DNA from: Blastocatellia bacterium
GTDB lineage: Bacteria > Acidobacteriota > Blastocatellia > UBA7656
Length of the DNA stretch: 64,000 bases
Assembly: GCA_035275065.1 (NCBI GenBank)
Contig: DATENM010000129.1
Span: 13,409-77,408 of the forward strand
Direction of reading: 5' to 3'
This document shows positions 20,169 to 30,000 of this stretch, in pieces; the stretch's first letter is position 1, and each line of letters starts with the position of its first letter. The position numbers were made by a program, and so were the translations under genes. Under the pieces are notes generated by a model that saw only the letters and a list, made by a program, of their open reading frames with translations, was not told the origin of the DNA and ran no database searches.

Positions 20169-22595
20169 CTACAGCTTTTCCTTGGGCGCCGCCAGAATCA
20201 GGGTTTCTTTCGTCGCTTCCGCCACCGCCGCCCGGCTGAAAGCAAAGGCAGGCGGCTTGACTGTCTGCCAGCTCTCAAGCTGGTCCTTCCAGTGCGGGCT
20301 GGCCGGGTCGCCCGACTCGCCGAGCGGGATGCCCTGTCGCGTGTCATCCCAGTTACTGAGGTCGGCGATCAAGCGCATGGAGACCAGCGCCCCGCGGTTG
20401 ACTGTGTAGTTGCCGCCGTTCTGCGGCACCGGCTCGACGGCGAACTTAGAGCCGACCGAGGGCAGCCCGGCCAGCGGGTGCTGGAAGCGCACCTGCGCCA
20501 AGCGCCCCCAGGTCCATTGCGCGCGGTTGGTGCCGAGCCGCTTCGTGATCAACTCCTGGGCGTCCTTGTAGACGGCCAGGTAGAGCGCCTGGTAGGAGTC
20601 AAATTCCTTGGGCAGCCACTCGCGCGGTTGCGTCGTGATGACGCGATTCAAGAAGGTGCCCGAACCCGACCACGCGTATCGCTTCGCCAGCTCGTCGCCG
20701 AGCGTGCCGGCGAGGATGCGCCGCAGCAAGGCATCGCGCATGGCGGCTGAGAGCGCGCTCGAATCCGCTGACAGTGTCGCGTCGCTCCCCTTCAGCGCGC
20801 CCAGCAGGTCCTGCCATTCAGGTGAGCTCTCCTGGAGCGGCTGCCCGATCCTGGCCAGCTCGGCGACGAAGGCGGCGTCCGGATACGAGTAGGTATCGCC
20901 CTGAATGGCGCGGAAGTCTTCGACGCTCAGCTTCTCTTTGGCCGTCAGCAGCTCGTAGATACGGCGGGCACGGTAGGGGGCGGCCCAGTTGTCGGTGATG
21001 TAGTAGGGATAATCGCTGCCCACCAGACGATTGTTGGCGGTGACGATGATCCCTGATGGCGGGTCATAAACATGCGGCGTCGAGTCAAAGGGGATGTATC
21101 CGGTCCAATCGCCCGCGTCGGTCGCCCCATCGTAAGGAGTGGTGCCGTGACCTGTCTTCCGGATCGGGTAGCGACCCGCCGCCCAGTAACCGATGTGGTC
21201 GTTGACATCGGCGTAGATGAAATTCAGGGGGAAGCCCGTATAGCCGCTCAGCGCCGTCCGAAATTCGTTCCAGTTGCGCGCCCGGTTGATCTGGTAGTAG
21301 GCCTCAAACTCGTTCGCCGCCGGGTCGAGCGTCGGCCAAGCCACCGCATAGCGTGCGCCATCTTTTTCGAGCAGGACCGGCCCGTGCCGCGTCACCACGA
21401 CCTCGACCGCGACCGGCTCGGCGGCCGGGTCGGTCGGGCTCTTTCTGACCTTTATCTCCTCAGAGCGCGTTTCGGCCTCGCGCCACCCCGTCGGGCTCTG
21501 ATAGCGCCGCGGGTTGTCGGGGTCGAACTTTTCAAGGTAGACATCCTGGACGTCGGCCTCAACGTTGGTGATGCCCCAGGCGATGGCGTCATTGTGGCCG
21601 ATGAAGACGCCTGGGTTGCCGGCGACGGTGACCCCGGCGACGTGTAGGCCGGGCGCGCTCAACTCGATCATATACCAGATGGATGGTGCCGAAGGTTGCA
21701 GGTGCGGGTCGTTAGCCAGAAGCGGCTTGCCGGTCACGCTGTGCCGTCCACTCACCACCCAGTTGTTGCTGGCCGCCAAGTCCTCCGCGTAAACCCCTAC
21801 GCGCTGCAACGAGCGGTTCAGAGTTTCGGTGATCTCGGAAATCTCGCTGAGCATTTCCGCCGACGCGGCGCGGTCAGGGCGGGCGGGCGGGCGATCATTG
21901 ACGGCTACACGCTTGTTGACCGCCTTATCGCTGCCGACCATGATGAGGTCGAGCGGCGAGGTGCTGGGCAACAGGTCGTTCACGCGTTCGGGCGGCAGGC
22001 CGGCGAAGGCGTCGCGCATCATATCCGTCTGCCAGGTGCTGCTCAGTGTCTCAGCAAACAGTTTACCGATCATCAGCGAGTCTGCCGGACGCCAGGGCCG
22101 CGGCTTGTATTGAAGCGTGCGGAACTCTAGCGGCAGGCTGTCCTTGTCCAGCGCAGCGATGTAGGCATTCACCCCGTTCGCGTAAGCTTCCAGCGAGGCG
22201 CGCACGGGCGGAGACAATCGCCCGACCAGTTGCTCGGCGAGCGCCGCGAAGCCAAAGGCCCGCCGCCGCTTGTCCTCTTCGAGCGCATTCTGTCCAAGAA
22301 TTTCGGCCAGCTCCCCGGCTGCCGTGCGGCGCAGCAAATCCATCTGCCAGAGGCGGTCAGAAGCCACCACATAGCCTTGGGCAAAGTACAGGTCATCCTG
22401 ATTCGCCGCCTCGACGTGTGGGACGCCGCGTTCGTCGCGCCTGACGGTCACGTCGGCGCGCAGCCCGGCCACCTCCAGGGTGCCGGATTTTGCCTGCGCC
22501 CTCATGGCGACCGAGCGCGCGCAGGCCCACTGCATGGACAGCGCTATGGCCGCTAAGCCAAGCGCCAGACAGAAGCATAGCTGATGTTTCTTCAT
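20169..22595 (-). CDS. Secreted Ntn-hydrolase, penicillin acylase / AHL-acylase (S45, PvdQ-like) family
   Basis: Signal peptide MKKHQLCFCLALGLAAIALSMQWACA (start moved to ATG 22595, RBS GGAGAA). The beta-subunit nucleophile motif SNNWVVSG follows a spacer region. Other family motifs include LYFAQGYVVASDRLWQMD. Confidence 0.8.
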   Translation of the reverse strand: MKKHQLCFCLALGLAAIALSMQWACARSVAMRAQAKSGTLEVAGLRADVTVRRDERGVPHVEAANQDDLYFAQGYVVASDRLWQMDLLRRTAAGELAEILGQNALEEDKRRRAFGFAALAEQLVGRLSPPVRASLEAYANGVNAYIAALDKDSLPLEFRTLQYKPRPWRPADSLMIGKLFAETLSSTWQTDMMRDAFAGLPPERVNDLLPSTSPLDLIMVGSDKAVNKRVAVNDRPPARPDRAASAEMLSEISEITETLNRSLQRVGVYAEDLAASNNWVVSGRHSVTGKPLLANDPHLQPSAPSIWYMIELSAPGLHVAGVTVAGNPGVFIGHNDAIAWGITNVEADVQDVYLEKFDPDNPRRYQSPTGWREAETRSEEIKVRKSPTDPAAEPVAVEVVVTRHGPVLLEKDGARYAVAWPTLDPAANEFEAYYQINRARNWNEFRTALSGYTGFPLNFIYADVNDHIGYWAAGRYPIRKTGHGTTPYDGATDAGDWTGYIPFDSTPHVYDPPSGIIVTANNRLVGSDYPYYITDNWAAPYRARRIYELLTAKEKLSVEDFRAIQGDTYSYPDAAFVAELARIGQPLQESSPEWQDLLGALKGSDATLSADSSALSAAMRDALLRRILAGTLGDELAKRYAWSGSGTFLNRVITTQPREWLPKEFDSYQALYLAVYKDAQELITKRLGTNRAQWTWGRLAQVRFQHPLAGLPSVGSKFAVEPVPQNGGNYTVNRGALVSMRLIADLSNWDDTRQGIPLGESGDPASPHWKDQLESWQTVKPPAFAFSRAAVAEATKETLILAAPKEKL

Positions 22596-22697
22596 GGGGT
22601 TCTCCGCTGAAACTGGAATTGAAGATTCGAGCGACCTCGGCCCGCCGTGCGCCGCCACGGCCAGAACAACCGGGCTTTGCGAGCCGGCGCGGTCAGC

Positions 22698-23300
22698 TCA
22701 GCCGTGGGCTTCGGCAGTGGCGATCAGGTCAATATCGTCCGGCACCCTGAATTGCAGGGTGCCGACACAAAACGCTTCCCAGTCCGGGGTGACCTGATTG
22801 AAGATGACGTTCTCGTTGTGCCACATCGACTCGGTAACCGTGAAATCCTGGTGAATGAAAACAACGCTTTCCTCGTCAAAGGCGGCTTCGCTGCCCTGGC
22901 CGTTAGGCTTCTGCTTCCAGTTGATCCGCCCTTCGCTCCAGGCCGGGTACTGCCTGAGATCTCCCAGGTGATAAGCCTTACAGTATTGGCGCGGCGGGCG
23001 GGCGGGCTTCTCCCCGGGGTAGCTGTCTTCAACCTCTCTGAGGAACTTGACCACCGACAGCCGACCGGCGGCCAGGGCGATCATGTAGGGCGTCCGGTGG
23101 TCACGCCCGGTTTTGAAGACGTCGGCGCCGCCATTGACCAGCCGCTTGACCAGCTCCAGGTCTCCCTTCCCCGCGGCGAAATTGAGCGGGGTCCATCCCT
23201 GCTCGTCCTGCTGGTTCAGGTCAGCTCCGGCCCCGATCAGCCTGTCCACTTCGGCGAGGTCGCCGGCCTTGACCGCCTCGATTAATCCCAAATCTTGCAT
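22698..23300 (-). CDS. Ankyrin-repeat protein with C-terminal domain of unknown function
   Basis: 2-3 ANK repeats (GADLNQQDEQGWTPLNFAAGKGDLELVKRLVNGGADV ... RTPYMIALAAGRLSVVKFL), then a ~90 aa unassigned region. Strong RBS AAGGAGGGAG. Confidence 0.65.
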   Translation of the reverse strand: MQDLGLIEAVKAGDLAEVDRLIGAGADLNQQDEQGWTPLNFAAGKGDLELVKRLVNGGADVFKTGRDHRTPYMIALAAGRLSVVKFLREVEDSYPGEKPARPPRQYCKAYHLGDLRQYPAWSEGRINWKQKPNGQGSEAAFDEESVVFIHQDFTVTESMWHNENVIFNQVTPDWEAFCVGTLQFRVPDDIDLIATAEAHG

Positions 23301-23436
23301 ACTCCCTCCTTAACAACAAATCCGTCTTCAGGCGACTGGTCTGTGTTCTTCTGCCGGCGATTGGCTCGGGCAGGCCGACGCCCGCGCCGGCCAGATTCCC
23401 GGCAATGGCAGGTCGCACGCGACGTGCGCCGCCGGC

Positions 23437-24039
23437 TCAATCTCCGGCACCGGCCTCCACCCTTGCGAGGTGTCCGGTGCCTGCCAGGGTGCTCAAGTCG
23501 ATGTCGGCAATGCACCTGACCTTAACGTAATCGAGCGAAAGACCACCTTCGAGGTGGACGGGGCCGCTGCCTTGGTCGAAATCGGCCCGGCTGAAATCGC
23601 AAGCCTCACGGTCCAACCTGACGCCGAGTTCCGTGCCCCCCCTCGTGTCGGTGAACTTGATGTGAACGTAATTTCGGTCAATGGCCTCCTTAAACAGCTT
23701 CACCGTCCTTTCGGGGCGCAGGCCGGCTTCGACCGGGTGGTCGGCTTCGCAAAGGCGCTCGACCAGGCTCTTCTCCTCAGGCGCGGCGGGCGCGGGCGCG
23801 GCGGGCGGCGGCGGATTCTTAGCCATCTCCTCCATCTTTTTGCGCAGGCTGAGCGGCCTCATGTCGGTCCACACTTCTTTGATATAGGCCAGGCAGTCGG
23901 CTTTCGGCCCGACCTTTCCGGCGTCGCGCCACCCGAGGGGGTTCTCTTTGTACTCCGGCCATATCGAGTATTGTTCTTCATGATTCACGACGACCTTGTA
24001 GATGGTCGTGTCTTCTCTGTCGGCATCGTTCCAGCTCAT
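23437..24039 (-). CDS. MbtH-like protein fused to a C-terminal ~115 aa domain of unknown function
   Basis: [64 protein letters not shown] matches the MbtH signature (YxVVxNxExQYSxWP, GW, WTDxRP). A Pro/Ala-rich linker ([12 protein letters not shown]) precedes the unassigned C-terminal domain. Start at the second ATG (RBS GGAGGT, 7 nt). Confidence 0.75.
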   Translation of the reverse strand: MSWNDADREDTTIYKVVVNHEEQYSIWPEYKENPLGWRDAGKVGPKADCLAYIKEVWTDMRPLSLRKKMEEMAKNPPPPAAPAPAAPEEKSLVERLCEADHPVEAGLRPERTVKLFKEAIDRNYVHIKFTDTRGGTELGVRLDREACDFSRADFDQGSGPVHLEGGLSLDYVKVRCIADIDLSTLAGTGHLARVEAGAGD

Positions 24040-24144
24040 CTTTTCAACCTCCGTAATTGAGATGTTCATCTGGTGGCTCCAGGCGATGGAGCCGTGATCA
24101 GTCGTTTGCGCGCCGTGCGGCTCGGCGCGCGGCGCGGCGGGCGG

Positions 24145-25854
24145 CTAGGCGGTCGGCGTAGCCATCTCCCTTTCCATTCGCCCCGACGGCTCCGGGCGTT
24201 TGTCGTACTCCAGTTGGCCGCTCTCCAGCTTAATGATGCGGTCGGCGAGATGGTAGAAGCGGTCATCGTGGCTGATGACGATGAGCGTTTTACCCGCCGC
24301 CTTAAGCTCGGGCAGGATTTCGCAATAGAAGAATCGCTTGAACACGGGGTCCTGGTCGGCGGCCCACTCGTCGAAGATGTAGAGTGAACGGTCTTCAAGG
24401 TAGGCCGTCAGCAGCGCCAACCGCTTTCGCTGCCCCGAAGACAGGTCGAGCGAAGAGAGCCGCCCGTCGGCGACCTCGACTTTGTGGTCCAGTTGCAGCC
24501 GGGTCAGGTAGTACTGTGCCCTTGCACTCTGGTTCTCCGAATCGATCCCCAGCAGGCGATCAAATAGAAAGTAATCGGAAAAGATGGCGGTAAAATTCTG
24601 GCGGTACTGGTCGCGGTTGTGGTTCGCCACCGGGGCCCCGTCCAGCCGAATCTCTCCCGACTCCGGGGCGTAAAGACCGGCGAGCAGCTTCGCCAGCGTC
24701 GTCTTGCCGCTGCCATTGCCGCCGATCAGGAAGATTAGCTCGCCGGGGCGGAAGGATAGGTCGAGCGGGCCGACGGTGAAGCTGTGTGCCCCTTGATCGG
24801 ACTTGTACTGATGCGTGATGCCGATCAGGTCAAGCCGCCTCCAGGGCGGTGCCGGCCCGGACAGTGGCGCGGCTTCGGGTTCCGACGATTGGTTCCCCAG
24901 TGAGAGGCCGAGCGCCTCGATTTTTCGGAAGGCCACCTGCGCCCGCCCCAGGTTAGGCAGCGTGTTCAGGACCGCCGCCAGCGGTCCATTCATATAGAGA
25001 ATCGTCAGCGCGTAGCCGGTCAGCACATGGCGGTCTACACTGAAGAAGATCGGCGAGACGAACAAGACCAGCCCGATGAAGATGAAGAACAGGACTTGCC
25101 CCAAATTGGCGGCGGCGAAACTGTAAGAGCTGCCGCTGACGCTGAGCCGGCGAATCGCCTCCATGTCGGGGTCGAGCTGCTGGGCGAAGAAGGCCCGGCG
25201 GCGCGCGCCATGGAGCTTCAATTCCTTGCTCCCATCCGTCAGCGCGCGCAGCGACTTGAACAGCGCGTCCCACTCCTCGCGCAAGGCCCGGAAATGAGTC
25301 AGCGCCTTTGCAAAGGGGACCTGATAGCTGAGAATGCCGACCGCCATGTAAATGATCACCGACAGCAGAAGCGGGCGCGAGAGCCAGCCCAGGTAGGCCA
25401 GGCAGCCGGCGATGATCGCCAGTTGGGCCAGCAGGACCGGCAGGCTGGAGATGGTCGTCGTCACCGCCGATATGTCGTCGGTGAGCGTGGCGAACAGGCG
25501 GTGCGTTCCGAGTTCTTCGAGCACCCGGAAGGGCGCTGAAAGCATCTGCCGGCACAATCGCCGTCTGATGTCGTAGGCCGCCCTGGCCGTCAGGCGGACC
25601 AGCAGGACCTGCGAGATGTAGGCGCTCGCAGGGATGAAGAGGCACAGCCCGACGAACATCGCCAGCAGCCGCATGCGCGAGCCCGGCGCGCCCAGCAGGA
25701 TGGCGTTGATGACGCCGATCAGCGCCGTATTGCCAAGCCCGGCCAATACGCCGGAGGCGATGATCAGAACCACGGTCCGCCGCGACCCGTTAACCTGGCG
25801 AGACCAGTGGAACAGGACCGGGAAGACTCGGAATAGATCGCGGATGACTTTCAT
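24145..25854 (-). CDS. ABC exporter, fused TMD-NBD, cyclic-peptide (SyrD/YojI-like) transporter family
   Basis: N-terminal multi-TM region; NBD with Walker A GGNGSGKTT, signature LSSGQRKRLAL, Walker B LYIFDEWAADQD. Confidence 0.8.
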   Translation of the reverse strand: MKVIRDLFRVFPVLFHWSRQVNGSRRTVVLIIASGVLAGLGNTALIGVINAILLGAPGSRMRLLAMFVGLCLFIPASAYISQVLLVRLTARAAYDIRRRLCRQMLSAPFRVLEELGTHRLFATLTDDISAVTTTISSLPVLLAQLAIIAGCLAYLGWLSRPLLLSVIIYMAVGILSYQVPFAKALTHFRALREEWDALFKSLRALTDGSKELKLHGARRRAFFAQQLDPDMEAIRRLSVSGSSYSFAAANLGQVLFFIFIGLVLFVSPIFFSVDRHVLTGYALTILYMNGPLAAVLNTLPNLGRAQVAFRKIEALGLSLGNQSSEPEAAPLSGPAPPWRRLDLIGITHQYKSDQGAHSFTVGPLDLSFRPGELIFLIGGNGSGKTTLAKLLAGLYAPESGEIRLDGAPVANHNRDQYRQNFTAIFSDYFLFDRLLGIDSENQSARAQYYLTRLQLDHKVEVADGRLSSLDLSSGQRKRLALLTAYLEDRSLYIFDEWAADQDPVFKRFFYCEILPELKAAGKTLIVISHDDRFYHLADRIIKLESGQLEYDKRPEPSGRMEREMATPTA

Positions 25855-25966
25855 CAATTAAGCCCTTTACGGTCTGGCGCGGCGGCGCGCCGCCATGACT
25901 CAAGGAGGGTTGAAGCGCAGAAAAGGCGGGCCACCCAGGGCGCGCCGCTCCGCTAGAGACTGCCGT

Positions 25967-27034
25967 TCAGCCGGCGAAGGCGTCCGGCTCGACCGCCTCC
26001 CGCGGACGCGCCGCAAGAGCGCCGTCGCCGGAAAAGATGCGTTTGGCCGCCATCTCGAAAGCGACGTTGATGTGGTAGAACTCCTGCTCCTGCGGCGCGA
26101 TCTCCAGGATGAACGTGCGTATGCCGCGCTCTATGAGGCGGACCAGGAGGCCGGCGACGTACTCGTAATCGCCGACGACGGTCGGACAGTCGGCCTTGAG
26201 GTTGCGAAAAGGCGTCAGCCAGTAATTCGGCGGCAGCGACCGCGGGTCGTCCGAGATGCCCTTCAGGTCCCGCTTCCAGACCGAATCGGTGTTGCCCATG
26301 GAGAAGTCGAGAACCTCGCGGCCCTCCTCATCCTCCGGGTAGAGGCGCTTTGCCGCCTCCCATGCCTCCGACTCTTTACCACGCGTCACGATGCCGAAGT
26401 GGATGCCGCGTTGACTGGTGACGGCTTGTTCAAGTTGCGGCTTGAGCATCTGCATCCCCGTGCCGCCGACCTCCGCACAGATCCGCTGCGCGGCTTCCGA
26501 CTGCCCGGCGATCAGGAATCCGGGGAACAACTCTGCGGGGACGCTGGGCAGCAAAAACAGGTTGGAAACCTGGTAATATTTGCCGGAGAAGTTCACCAGG
26601 CCGGGGCCGCTTAATAGCAGGCTTACAATCTGCACGTACTCCTGAAGCCGCTCGTAACGCTCGTCGTGCGACAGCCCGTCGCCGAGGGCTTCCAGGTAAG
26701 ACAGGGCCGTGCCCGTCACCAGATTTAAATAGACCTTCCTTTTATAAAGGTAGGCAAACGACGAGATCATCTTGGCGGCGGTAAACGGATGCATGTAGAC
26801 CGGGTTGACCGCAATCAGCGGGCACAGCGTCTCGGTTTCGTTAAGTAACTGATGGGCGACGAGCCAGGGGTCTACATAGACATCATTGCCCGTGAAGATC
26901 AATACGCCCGTGCAATCGAACTTCTGGCTCAGGCGCGTGACGGTTTGAATATCTCGCCAATACAGCACCTGGTCCGTGGTGCGCGGGTTGATCGTAAAGA
27001 CGTCGATAGGCCCGTCGGCCAAATTCATTCTCAT
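25967..27034 (-). CDS. LLM-class (luciferase-like) flavin-dependent monooxygenase
   Basis: 356 aa TIM-barrel LLM pattern (SsuD-like length and spacing, e.g. ...LITRGKESEAWEAAKRL...). Start at ATG 27034 with RBS GAGGGA. Confidence 0.55.
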   Translation of the reverse strand: MRMNLADGPIDVFTINPRTTDQVLYWRDIQTVTRLSQKFDCTGVLIFTGNDVYVDPWLVAHQLLNETETLCPLIAVNPVYMHPFTAAKMISSFAYLYKRKVYLNLVTGTALSYLEALGDGLSHDERYERLQEYVQIVSLLLSGPGLVNFSGKYYQVSNLFLLPSVPAELFPGFLIAGQSEAAQRICAEVGGTGMQMLKPQLEQAVTSQRGIHFGIVTRGKESEAWEAAKRLYPEDEEGREVLDFSMGNTDSVWKRDLKGISDDPRSLPPNYWLTPFRNLKADCPTVVGDYEYVAGLLVRLIERGIRTFILEIAPQEQEFYHINVAFEMAAKRIFSGDGALAARPREAVEPDAFAG

Positions 27035-27096
27035 AACGAAGTCCCTCGTTTCTGCCCGGTGGGGCGGCAAGGCGGCACCCGTGCGGCGGTGATCGT

Positions 27097-30000
27097 CTAG
27101 GTCGTTTCTGCGGCCGGCAGGAGTGCGGCGGCCTCTTCAAGACAGTCTCTCATCTGTTGGGCGAGCACGCGCACCTGCGGCTCTCGCATAACCGTCCAGT
27201 GCGGGCCGGCGATCTCGCGCAGGCTCAGCGGCTCACTGGAAAGGCGGCTCCAGGCGGCCTCCCTATCCGTCTCCGACTCGACCTGAAACAAGGTGATCTT
27301 GCCGGGATAGACCTTCGCCTCGTACTCGCCGAACGCCTTGATGCGCGACATATAGCCCTTCACATAGTTGCTCAGATAAGCCAGGCCGCTCTCCCGCTCA
27401 AGCCCCTCGGCGATAAGCCCCCAGCGCTGCAAGCGCTCCAGCGCGTGGCTGTAGAGTTCGACACGATTGAGCGACGCCAGCCCTTCTTCGCGGACAAAGA
27501 GGTCCCGTTCCTCGGCCGGGGCCAGAGCCTGCAAAGCCTTTAACAGGAAGACGGCCTCGTCCTCATGGCGCGGCTTCACGCGAGCCGACCACGGCGCGAC
27601 CGAGTCGACGAGAGCCAGCAAGCCGACCGGCTGATTTTGGCGGGTCAGTTGTTGGGCCATTTCAAAGGCCACGGCGCCGCCCCAGGAGAATCCCCCCAGC
27701 CAGTAAGGCCCCGCGGGTTGAACTTCGCGGATGGCGTCGAGGTACCGAGTCGCCACTTCTTCCAGGGACCGGTTGTCGTCAACCGGCGCGGCCCCGAGAG
27801 GGGCTTGCAGCGCGTAGAAAGGCTGGTCGTCGCCGAGCAGCCGGGCGAGCTGGTAATACTCCAAGACCTCGCCGCCGATGGCGTGGACGAAGAATAGCGG
27901 CGGGCGGCTCCCCTCGCGGTGGAGTGCCACGAGTGGCGAATAACGGCGCGGTGTCACCTTCTCCTGCAACAGCTTCGCCAGGTTGGCGATATTCCCCTCC
28001 TGCATCAGGACGTTGAGGGTCAACCGCTGGCCGAATTGCTTTTCGATCTGGGAAGCCAGCCTGACCGCCGACATCGACGTGCCGCCGAGGCTGAAGAAAT
28101 TATCCCTGACCCCTACAGATGCGACCCCGAGCACTTTTTCCCACATCTGCATGAGTTGCATCTCCAGCAGGGTGCGGGGGGCCGTCTCTTGCCCCGGCGC
28201 GGCGGTAGCGGCAGGGGCCATTTTCGCCAGGGCGATGCGATCCACCTTGCCGTTTGGCGTCAACGGCAGGCGCTCGACGATCACCAGGCCGGCAGGAACC
28301 ATGTAGTCGGGCAACCGCTCCTTCAAATAGCTGATCAACGGCTTGTCGGCCAGCGCGACGCCTGGCCTGGCGACGACGTAGGCCCTTAACCTTGGGTCGC
28401 CGAGCTGGCTGTCGCCGGCAATCACCACCGCCTGCTCAACATCAGGGTGTTGGCTCAAGGCGGTTTCGATCTCGCCGAGCTCGATACGGAAGCCGCGTAT
28501 CTTGACCTGAAAATCGCGGCGGCCGAGGTATTCGATTCCGCCATCCGGCAAGCAGCGCGCGATGTCCCCGGTTCGGTAAAGCCTGCCGCCGGCAACGCCG
28601 CCCAGGTGGTCCGGGACAAAGCGGTCTGCCGTCAGGTCGGGCTTACCCAGGTAGCCTCTGGCCGGCGCTAGCCCGCCGACGTAGAGCTCGCCGTGCGCGC
28701 CGAGAGGGCAGGGGTTGGCGTTGCGGTCCAGCAGGTAGACGCTCGTGCTCGAGATGGGATGGCCTATCGCCACGGGCGAGGTGCCGCCGCGCCATGTCTT
28801 GAGATTGAAGTAGGTGACATCAGCAGCAACTTCCGACGCCCCATACGAGTTCAATAGCTCTCTTCGTGGCAGCCGGTGCTGGAAGGCTTCGGCCAGATCG
28901 GGGCTGAAGTATTCGCCGCTGGTCACCCAGAACCTGAGGGCAGGAATCTGCGTTGCAAGCTCCTGGCCGCTTTCAAAAAGCATCCGCAACAAAGAAGGCA
29001 CCAGGACGATGTGCGTCACTTGCCGGCTGCCCAGATTGCGAATCAGCCGCGTCGGGTCCTTGACCGCTTCTTCGGGGATGATACTCAGCCGCACCCCCTG
29101 AAGAAGCGGCCCCAGGGTTTCAAAGATTGAATCGACAAAGCTAATGATCGTCTTCTGGCAGCAGATGTCGCCTGGCTGAAACGGGTGTTCGGCCCACATC
29201 CATTCCAGCCGGTTCAGCGTCGCCGTGTGCGACGCGACGACACCTTTGGGCGTCCCCGTCGAGCCCGACGTGTAGATCACATAGGCCGCATTGTCACCCC
29301 CAGCCGGCGAATCGAGGTTCGATGAAGGCGCTTCGGAGATCAATTGCCAATCGGTGTCCAGGCAGATGGCCTGCGCACGTTCGGCGGGGATTCGTCCGGC
29401 CAGCCGCCGCAAGCTTAGGACGAGGGCCGCGCCGGAATCTTCAATCAGGAAGCGCAGCCGCTGGTCAGGCTGCGAAGGGTCCATAGGGATAAAGGCCGCG
29501 CCCGCTTTCAAGGTGCCGAGGATGGCGACCACTAGATCGACCGAGCGCGGCATACAAATGCCGACAAAGCTCTCGGCCCCCGCCTGGAACCCGCGCAGGT
29601 AGTTCGCCAGTTGATTGGCCCGCCGGTTCAGCTCGCCATAGGTCAACTGCCGCTCGTCATCTTCGATGGCAATCGCCTCGGGCGTCTGCGCCACCTGCGC
29701 CTCGAATACTTCACTCAAGCAACGGTCTCGCCGGTAAACGCCCACGGCCTGATTCCATTCGATCAACAGCCGGTGCTTCTCCGCTGCGGATAACACCTCG
29801 ACGGCGACCAATGGCAGGTCGGGGTCGGCGACCGCCTGCGTCAACAAGGTCGCGTAGTGCCTGACCATGCGCTGGACGGTCGTGGCGTCGAACAGGTCGG
29901 TGTTGTATTCGAACGACACGCCGATCCGGTCCGGCATCTCGGCCATCGTCACGGTCAGGTCGAACTTGGCCTCATCAAACTTCGCCTGCTGCTTGCCGGC

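Noticed and set aside
17094-22130. Numerous 80-240 aa plus-strand ORFs overlapping the carbamoyltransferase, XRE and acylase genes (e.g. 17094-17618, 19007-19444, 20046-20750, 21072-21647).
   Set aside because: They are antisense to genes with strong family motifs and have no recognisable domains. Their composition is consistent with GC-rich antisense frames.
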